From: Vibrio vulnificus CMCP6
GTDB taxonomy: Bacteria; Pseudomonadota; Gammaproteobacteria; Enterobacterales; Vibrionaceae
NCBI RefSeq assembly: GCF_000039765.1
Contig: NC_004460.2
Location: forward strand, 960,001 to 992,000
Reading direction: 5' to 3'
Length of the DNA stretch: 32,000 nucleotides
Shown: positions 25,984-32,000 of the stretch, in pieces
How positions within the stretch are numbered: position 1 is the first letter of the stretch
Layout of the letters: each line of letters opens with the position of its first letter
Notes under the pieces: generated by a model
Databases searched by the model: none
What the model saw: the letters and a program-made list of their open reading frames with translations, nothing else
Told to the model about the DNA's origin: nothing
Translations under genes and position numbers: made by a program

Positions 25984-26304
25984 TTAAACGAAATCTTTAC
26001 GCATTGGGGTGAAGGTATCAATCAGTACACCCGCTTCTAGACAAACACAGCCATGTTCGACGTTTGGCTCTTTGTACATAGTATCGCCTGTTTTGACGAT
26101 TTTTTTCTCATCGCCAATGGTGAATTCAAACTCACCCGATAACACATAAGTCAATTGCTCATGGGGATGTGAGTGCATGGCACCAATCGCGCCAGTTTCA
26201 AAATGCACTTCCACCGACATCATGTTGTCGCTGTGTGCCAGCACTTTGCGTGAAATGCCTTGGCCAAGATCTTCCAGCGTAATGTCTTGATTAAATACAA
26301 ACAT
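25984..26304 (-). CDS. kdgF: cupin-domain protein (KdgF-like)
   Basis: 106 aa. Cupin motifs GAIGAMHSHPHEQ and GDTMYKEPNVEHG, in the pectin/uronate operon context. Confidence 0.75.
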   Translation of the reverse strand: MFVFNQDITLEDLGQGISRKVLAHSDNMMSVEVHFETGAIGAMHSHPHEQLTYVLSGEFEFTIGDEKKIVKTGDTMYKEPNVEHGCVCLEAGVLIDTFTPMRKDFV

Positions 26305-26324
26305 GCTTCACCTATCTGTCTGTT

Positions 26325-26837
26325 TTACTCGTTAATCGGCACCAAATGCTGCCGATGTAACCGATAAATCGTGATGAGGTTGGTGGCGATCACTGTCATC
26401 TCTAACAAGGTGCCACCAATGGAACCCACTAAAATGTTATTGATTAACCAGCAGGTCGCTCCAACCAGAAAACCAATCCGCATGCGGATGCCGTTCAACA
26501 CGAATAATGAATAGGTGCCAATCACTGTCCCTAGAATTGGCCATAATTCCCACCAGTGTTGCGCCATCCACACGCCGCTAGTAACACCGATGACAATAAA
26601 GAATGCGGCTACCCATCTCGAGGAGGTAAAGATCGAGGTGGTGGTGCGTAATGCAGAAAGCAGCGCACTGAGTGCAGATACCATCGATCCTAGCAGCAAA
26701 AAATGGAGAAGATGATTGAGATTGAACACCAACATCAGGATTTTCAAATGCCTGTCATTTTTCTGGTAAAAGGTGGAGATTCCCAAACCAAAACTGAGAA
26801 ACCCTAACGCTTGTGCCAAATCAATCTCGACCATCAT
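26325..26837 (-). CDS. YgjV-family inner-membrane protein
   Basis: 170 aa, about 5-6 TM helices. Its size and context, next to hexuronate genes as in E. coli ygjV, support the call. Confidence 0.65.
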   Translation of the reverse strand: MMVEIDLAQALGFLSFGLGISTFYQKNDRHLKILMLVFNLNHLLHFLLLGSMVSALSALLSALRTTTSIFTSSRWVAAFFIVIGVTSGVWMAQHWWELWPILGTVIGTYSLFVLNGIRMRIGFLVGATCWLINNILVGSIGGTLLEMTVIATNLITIYRLHRQHLVPINE

Positions 26838-26852
26838 CTTCTCACAATTAGG

Positions 26853-27614
26853 TTAGCGTGATAGCCAGCCACCATCTACCGCAACGGTGTAACCGTTAAT
26901 GTAGTCAGACGCTTTCGACGCAAGGAACACACAAGGACCAGCCAAATCTTCCGGCGTGCCCCAACGGTTTGCAGGAATGCGCTCTAGGATTTCTTGGTTG
27001 CGTTGCTCATCAGCACGCAGTGCCGCTGTGTTGTTGGTTGCCATGTAGCCCGGTGCAATCGCATTCACGTTGATACCGTGTTTTGCCCACTCGTTTGCCA
27101 TAAGGCGAGTCACACCCATTACGCCACTCTTAGACGCAGTGTATGAAGGCACGCGGATACCACCTTGGAAAGAAAGCATGGATGCGATGTTGATGATCTT
27201 GCCGCCTTCGCCTTGTGCAATAAATTGTTTCGCCACCGCTTGAGACATAAAGAACACGGATTTGATGTTGATGTTCATAACGTCATCCCAATCTTGCTCA
27301 GAGAACTCGATCGCGTCGTTGCGGCGGATGATGCCTGCGTTGTTCACCAAAATGTCGATGCGGCCAAGCTCAGTCACTGCGCGATCAACGATTGAAGGAA
27401 TATCATCTAGTTTCATTAGGTTAGCGCGGATATCGACGAACTTACGTCCCGTCGCTTGGATTTTTTCCATTGTTTCTGTTGGTTCACTGATGTTCACACC
27501 AACGATATCGCAACCTGCCTTTGCTAAACCCAGCGCCATGCCTTGACCTAAACCGGTGTCACACCCCGTGACGACTGCTACTTTGCCTTGCAAGCTAAAT
27601 GAATCAAGAATCAT
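26853..27614 (-). CDS. kduD: 2-dehydro-3-deoxy-D-gluconate 5-dehydrogenase (SDR)
   Basis: MILDSFSLQGKVAVVTGCDTGLGQGMALGLAKAGCDIVGVNI is near-identical in pattern to the E. coli KduD N-terminus. YTASK catalytic motif. I chose the ATG at 27614 (AGAGGA 8 nt upstream) over 27623. Confidence 0.9.
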   Translation of the reverse strand: MILDSFSLQGKVAVVTGCDTGLGQGMALGLAKAGCDIVGVNISEPTETMEKIQATGRKFVDIRANLMKLDDIPSIVDRAVTELGRIDILVNNAGIIRRNDAIEFSEQDWDDVMNINIKSVFFMSQAVAKQFIAQGEGGKIINIASMLSFQGGIRVPSYTASKSGVMGVTRLMANEWAKHGINVNAIAPGYMATNNTAALRADEQRNQEILERIPANRWGTPEDLAGPCVFLASKASDYINGYTVAVDGGWLSR

Positions 27615-27712
27615 GTAATGCATCCTCTAGAATACTGAAAGAAGTGAACCGACGTTTTGGTTGTTGTTCACTGTGGTAGGATAAACATAACAGCAAAATG
27701 GCTACGCTCGCA

Positions 27713-27743
27713 AATATTTTTGAAAAGACGTTTCAAAAATATT
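27713..27743. promoter_or_regulatory. candidate KdgR operator: perfect 13-bp inverted repeat with 5-bp spacer
   Basis: aatatttttgaaa-agacg-tttcaaaaatatt lies in the kduD/kdgR divergent intergenic region. It contains the TGAAA-N5-TTTCA core of KdgR boxes. A weaker second dyad, tttcaaaattatgaaa, is at 27784..27799. Confidence 0.55.
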
Positions 27744-27842
27744 GATGGATGTCTTATTTTACTAAAACGAACTAAGTGAGCGGTTTCAAAATTATGAAAA
27801 GGTATTTTAAAAATAGTGGTGATACAGAAAATCAACGATATA

Positions 27843-28658
27843 ATGGCAAAAAACACAACTAAAGAAGGGAAAACAATGGAAAAGTCGACACAGCCAGAAG
27901 CTGTTTCGTCAGTGATGAAGGTGTTCCACATCCTTCAAGCACTGGGTGAGCAGAAGGCTATTGGCGTATCAGAATTGTCGCAACGTCTTATGATGTCTAA
28001 GGCAACCACTTACCGTTTTTTACAAACCATGAAGTCACTTGGGTATGTTTCTCAAGAAGGCGAAGCGGATAAGTATTCACTCACTTTAAAAGTGTTTGAG
28101 CTGGGTGCTCGCTCACTGGAATACGTTGATCTGATCGAATTGGCCGACAAAGAAATGCGCCAAATCTCTCAACTGACCAATGAAGCGCTTCACTTAGGTG
28201 CACTCGATGAGAACGCGATCATCTACATCCATAAGATTGATTCCGGTTACAACCTGCGCATGCAATCGCGCATTGGCCGTCGTAACCCTCTTTACAGTAC
28301 TGCTATTGGCAAAGTGTTGCTTTCCGAACGTGAAGAGAGCTTTATCCGTGAATCTCTTGCCGATGTTGAATTCATCAAACATACAGAAAAAACACTAGAA
28401 AACACGGAACAAGTGCTTGAAGAACTGGCGAAAGTGCGTGAACAGCATTTTGCAGAAGATAACGAAGAGCAAGAACCGGGTTTACGTTGTATCGCGGCTC
28501 CGATTTATGATCGTTTTGGTCAAATCATTGCGGCGGTATCTATCTCGTTCCCAACCATTCGTTTTGATGAAGAGCGCAAAGATTACTATGTGGGTCTGCT
28601 TCATCAAGCGGGTAAGAACGTTTCTGAGCAGCTTGGCTACCACAGCTACCCTGCTTAA
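27843..28658 (+). CDS. kdgR: IclR-family repressor KdgR
   Basis: ATG at 27843 (MAKNTTKEGK...). The segment SSVMKVFHILQALGEQKAIGVSELSQRLMMSKATTYRFLQTMKSLGYVSQEGEADKYSLTLKVFELG is colinear with E. coli KdgR as I recall it. Confidence 0.9.
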   Translation: MAKNTTKEGKTMEKSTQPEAVSSVMKVFHILQALGEQKAIGVSELSQRLMMSKATTYRFLQTMKSLGYVSQEGEADKYSLTLKVFELGARSLEYVDLIELADKEMRQISQLTNEALHLGALDENAIIYIHKIDSGYNLRMQSRIGRRNPLYSTAIGKVLLSEREESFIRESLADVEFIKHTEKTLENTEQVLEELAKVREQHFAEDNEEQEPGLRCIAAPIYDRFGQIIAAVSISFPTIRFDEERKDYYVGLLHQAGKNVSEQLGYHSYPA

Positions 28659-28667
28659 TGATTGACG

Positions 28668-28692
28668 AGCAGCCCTCGGGCTGCTTTTTTTG
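28668..28692 (+). terminator. rho-independent terminator of kdgR
   Basis: Stem agcagcc / ggctgct with a 4-nt loop, followed by TTTTTTT. Confidence 0.8.
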
Positions 28693-28738
28693 GCGCAATA
28701 TCAATTGATGAAACGCCGTTTTAATTTAGAGGTGAGCG

Positions 28739-30604
28739 ATGGGCACATCCGTTACTCCAAACATTGTTGATTTCCTAGTCCGCATTGATCCGTTTGATAA
28801 ATTGCCAAAGGCTTTGGTTGAATCCCTTGCCAATTCGGTACAGATCAAATATTTGGTGAAGGGAGAAACCATCAGTTTTAGCTCACTTTGCGAAACGCGT
28901 TATCTCTATGTCATTCGCACGGGCGCGATTGAACAGCGCACGCCAACGGGTGATCTTCGCGCTCGCCTCGGCCACGAGGACCAGTTTGGTTTTACCTTCC
29001 TCGCCCCTCTCGATAATGCCGAAAACGGCTATCAAGCCGAAGCCATTGAAGATGCGCTGCTCTATTTGATCCCGCATCACCAACTGAAGAAAGTGTGCGA
29101 CTCGCACCCTGAGTTTGCCGACTATTTCGCGGCGCAAGCTAACCTTCGCTTGAGTTCGGCGGTCAACTTCGTCTGCCAGAAAGAAGAAAAAGGGCTGTTT
29201 TTCCGCACGGTCGGTGAGATCGCCAGCGAAAACATCGCCATCGTGAAGGTGACGGATTCGATTCGGGATGTCGCCCTTGCCATGTGCGGTAAACAGCGCA
29301 GCTCTTGCGCAGTGGTGATGGATGGCAATGACATTGTCGGTTTGGTGACCGACCGCGATATGACGGCCTCCGTGGTGGCGAAAGAGAAAGACGTCAGTGA
29401 GCGCATTGAAAGCGTTATGACGCTGAATCCAGTATTGATCGAAAGCGATGCCAAAGTGATCCAAGCGATCTCCCTCATGCTGCAATACAACATTCGCTGC
29501 TTACCTGTCGTGAACCACGGCAAAGTGGCCGGCTTGCTGACAACCACACATTTGGTACACAACCACCGCACCCAATCGCTGTTCTTGATTGAGAAAATAA
29601 AATACGCCAGTTCGCTAAATGCGCTAGCGGCGTTAAAAGAAGAGCGTCAAACCATTTTCCAAGCATTGGTCGAAAGTGGCGTCAGCGCGGAAATCCAAGG
29701 CAAAGTGATGTCGATGATCATGGATGCCTTTACCCGTCGCATTATCCAACTCAATGAAGAAGTGTTGGGCGCGCCTCCATGCGATTACGCTTGGATGGTA
29801 GCAGGGTCGCACGCGCGCAATGAAGTGCACATGCTCTCGGATCAAGACAGTGCTATCGTCCTTTCCGACGACGCGACCGAAGAACACAAGCTCTACTTTA
29901 CCCATTTGGCCATGCGCGTGTGTAATGGGCTCGCTGCGTGCGGCTATCCGCTCTGCGATGGCAAATACATGGCGGCGTCTCCCAAATGGTGCCAGCCTGT
30001 CTCACGTTGGAAAGAGTATTACCAAAAGTGGGTGGCAAGCCCGGAATACAACAAACTGCTCTCCATCAGTGTGTTCTTAGAAGTTCGCTCAATTCACGGC
30101 AGCCGTGAATTGGTAGAGCAGATCCAACAGCATCTACACCATTGCATTCAGCAAAGTCCGAGTTTTATTCCTGCTTTGGTGCGCGATGCGATCGACACTC
30201 AACCGCCATTGGGCATTTTTAACCATTTGGTGCTGGAAAAAGGCGGCCAAAACAGCAACACGTTAAACATCAAAAAATACGCACTTAATCTCATCATCGA
30301 TCTGGCGCGTATTTTCAGCTTGGCCGCAGGAGGCTCCCTAACAGGCACCGAAGAGCGATTCCGTTTTGCGGTCGAACACGGCACCCTATCAAAAGGCAGT
30401 TGCGACAACATCATTGGCGCCTATCGTTTCATTACTCAGGTACGTTTTCGTCATCAGTTGAATGCCATTTTGGCAGGAAAAACACCCGACAATCATATCT
30501 CTCCGGATGAAATCAGCAGCTTTGAACGCAAACACCTCAAAGATGCCTTTAAGATCATCAGCGAGTTGCAAGATGTCGCCAAACTGAAGTTTGTTAAAGG
30601 CTAG
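28739..30604 (+). CDS. cNMP-binding / CBS-pair / DUF294 nucleotidyltransferase-domain signal-transduction protein
   Basis: 621 aa with RBS GAGGTGA. The N-terminal cyclic-nucleotide-binding-like beta-barrel (YLYVIRTGAIEQR) is followed by a tandem CBS pair (VTDSIRDVALAMCGKQRSSCAVVMDGNDIVGLVTDRDM; VIQAISLMLQYNIRCLPVVNHGKVAGLLTTTHL). A nucleotidyltransferase core (AGSHARNEVHMLSDQDSAIV) and a DUF294_C-type helical tail complete it. Confidence 0.85.
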   Translation: MGTSVTPNIVDFLVRIDPFDKLPKALVESLANSVQIKYLVKGETISFSSLCETRYLYVIRTGAIEQRTPTGDLRARLGHEDQFGFTFLAPLDNAENGYQAEAIEDALLYLIPHHQLKKVCDSHPEFADYFAAQANLRLSSAVNFVCQKEEKGLFFRTVGEIASENIAIVKVTDSIRDVALAMCGKQRSSCAVVMDGNDIVGLVTDRDMTASVVAKEKDVSERIESVMTLNPVLIESDAKVIQAISLMLQYNIRCLPVVNHGKVAGLLTTTHLVHNHRTQSLFLIEKIKYASSLNALAALKEERQTIFQALVESGVSAEIQGKVMSMIMDAFTRRIIQLNEEVLGAPPCDYAWMVAGSHARNEVHMLSDQDSAIVLSDDATEEHKLYFTHLAMRVCNGLAACGYPLCDGKYMAASPKWCQPVSRWKEYYQKWVASPEYNKLLSISVFLEVRSIHGSRELVEQIQQHLHHCIQQSPSFIPALVRDAIDTQPPLGIFNHLVLEKGGQNSNTLNIKKYALNLIIDLARIFSLAAGGSLTGTEERFRFAVEHGTLSKGSCDNIIGAYRFITQVRFRHQLNAILAGKTPDNHISPDEISSFERKHLKDAFKIISELQDVAKLKFVKG

Positions 30605-31342
30605 ATGATGATAAAGAAATGGTTCAAGCGCTGGGACACCATGCCCAGCCAAGAACAGATACGCCAACAGATCGTCGTTGAATCGGCGTGGCCCGAAGCG
30701 CTGCAAAACTACCTGAATACGCCGCTCATTGCACAAGAGACGCCACTTCATCAAGTCTCGTTTCTTGCTTTGGATTTTGAAACCACTGGGCTTGACGCAA
30801 AACACGATAAAATACTGTCCATCGGTATGGTGGATTTGACGCTCGAAGGCATTAACCTCTCAAGCGCAGAAGAGATCCTGCTCAACCATGGCGCGTACAT
30901 TAAAGCCGAATCTGCGCGCATTAACGGCCTAACGCCACAGGCGCTAGAGCAAGGTTGCTCGCTAGAGCAAGGTTGCTCGCTAGAGCAAGGGATGATGCGT
31001 TTATTTGAACGTGCACAAGGCAAAGTTCTGCTCGCGCACAGCGCAATCATTGAACAAGGTTTTCTCCAAGCCTTTGCTCAACAACATTTTCAGCTTGCCA
31101 AATTGCCTTGCCACTTCGTGGATACACTGCAAATTGAAAAGCGCTTTAGCTACGCAGGGAAAAGCGGCCAACGCAGCAGTTTTCAACTTGATGATTTACG
31201 ACGTTGTTATCACTTACCCGATTACCATTCTCATTCTGCCGCCAGTGATGCCTTGGCCTGTGCGGAGTTGTTTATCGTGCAAAGCAAAAAACTCGATCTG
31301 AATAAACAACGGCAGTTAAACACGGTTTTGTGCTCCATATAA
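30605..31342 (+). CDS. DEDDh 3'-5' exonuclease (DnaQ/epsilon-like)
   Basis: The ATG immediately follows the upstream TAG (ggcTAGATGATG). ExoI is LALDFETTGLD and ExoIII is HSAASDALACAELF. The ExoII region, LLAHSAIIEQGFL, is atypical. Confidence 0.85.
   Translation: MMIKKWFKRWDTMPSQEQIRQQIVVESAWPEALQNYLNTPLIAQETPLHQVSFLALDFETTGLDAKHDKILSIGMVDLTLEGINLSSAEEILLNHGAYIKAESARINGLTPQALEQGCSLEQGCSLEQGMMRLFERAQGKVLLAHSAIIEQGFLQAFAQQHFQLAKLPCHFVDTLQIEKRFSYAGKSGQRSSFQLDDLRRCYHLPDYHSHSAASDALACAELFIVQSKKLDLNKQRQLNTVLCSI
30943..30990 (+). repeat. 18-bp in-frame tandem repeat, about 2.7 copies, inside the exonuclease gene
   Basis: gctagagcaaggttgctc appears twice (30943..30978), followed by gctagagcaagg (30979..30990). 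This encodes LEQGCS-LEQGCS-LEQG. Confidence 0.95.
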
Positions 31343-31980
31343 CGTCAAAGCCAATCACGCTGTTTATCCATGCTCGTGGGTATTAAGCACCATCTCTTGC
31401 TCTTAGAAAAAAGTCGACGGCAGCGCAAATCTGCCATTGCCTTACAGCGACCTACAACAACCAATCACTTTGGAAAGGACACACTGCAAACGTTAATTAT
31501 TCCAAGAGGTTATACCTAATGGGGGGATTAACGTTTCTAAAGGCATGATTTTTGTTTTGCCTCAAACTTAAATAACCATACAAAATGTAAGAATATATTT
31601 ATTTCCCACTTTCAGATTTAAATACCATATATGAATTACTTAATAGAGATATATTCTTATTTAACAATAATGTCGCACTGTCTATGAAAAATCACGCCAA
31701 TCACATAAAAGTTAAATTAAAACAACACTTTATAATTGCGTAAAATTTCAGAAATATATGAAACATAGATAATAAAAACAATTTAAATATCATGCATTTG
31801 AAATGTAAAGACACTCTCATAAAATAGGTTTCATACTCTGTTTTATTGAAAATGTGCACTGGCTCGACTTAATTAACTTCAATACATGAATGCGAAATAA
31901 ATAATGATTCATGTCAAAAATGATTTTGCCATCGGCCTCTAATAATAAATCAGTCAAAAAGGATTTATTATGGAGAAACC

Positions 31981-32000
31981 ATGAGCCAACACGAATCATC
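31981..32000 (+). CDS. possible start of a CDS running off the window (MSQHES...)
   Basis: An ATG at 31981 is preceded by GGAGAA 4 nt upstream. Only 20 nt are visible, so no product can be called. Confidence 0.25.

Noticed and set aside
27668-27931. 87-aa minus-strand ORF in the kduD-kdgR intergenic region
   Set aside because: It spans the operator palindrome and the kdgR start, and it is AT-rich and hydrophobic by composition. The KdgR N-terminus aligned to E. coli KdgR explains this DNA better.
31817-31999. 60-aa minus-strand ORF at the right edge
   Set aside because: It is a minimal-length ORF in about 25% GC DNA with no RBS. It also overlaps the more plausible plus-strand RBS and ATG at 31981.
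1-32000. CRISPR arrays, tRNA/rRNA genes, and IS elements or integrases
   Set aside because: I looked for regularly spaced repeats, cloverleaf-like or rRNA-like segments and transposase or integrase ORFs, and found none. The only tandem repeats are the 18-bp, 22-bp and 32-bp duplications listed above, each with 2-3 copies and no spacers.

Overview
About 26 kb of this window reads as ordinary chromosomal DNA from a Vibrionaceae-like gammaproteobacterium. That assignment is my inference from recalled similarity to YiaV, MalS, KdgK, Eda, KduD and KdgR, and it is unverified. The backbone is interrupted by one low-GC islet of about 5.9 kb at roughly 19306..25245. Backbone genes, left to right: a YiaW/YiaV-like membrane pair; an MBL-fold alkyl-sulfatase; a TPR protein; a LysR regulator; a phosphoethanolamine transferase; a PepSY/cytochrome-b pair; a HIT protein; arsR-acr3; a solute-binding protein; a Lys/Glu-rich secreted protein; a yjiH-yjiG-M20 peptidase operon; a DUF302 protein; malS; a kdgK-eda operon; and a DMT transporter. 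After the islet come a kduD-ygjV-kdgF-rpiB-like operon with divergent kdgR, then a cNMP/CBS/DUF294 protein translationally abutted to a DEDDh exonuclease, then a very AT-rich ORF-free tail. The islet splits what looks like a single KdgR-controlled hexuronate/KDG locus. It carries no integrase, transposase or tRNA. It encodes a viperin-like radical-SAM enzyme (pVip-type), a thymidylate-kinase-fold nucleotide kinase downstream on the same strand, a divergently transcribed ORF of about 870-940 aa (helical-repeat body plus C-terminal ankyrin repeats), and a 188-aa orphan ORF. A G9 homopolymer lies in the divergent control region. My main candidate for an undescribed system is the combination of ankyrin protein, pVip and kinase. 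The pVip and kinase calls rest on motifs read directly from the sequence. The functional link to the ankyrin protein is inference only. All calls come from reading the sequence and the ORF track, with no database searches. GC figures are hand counts on a few 60-nt lines.
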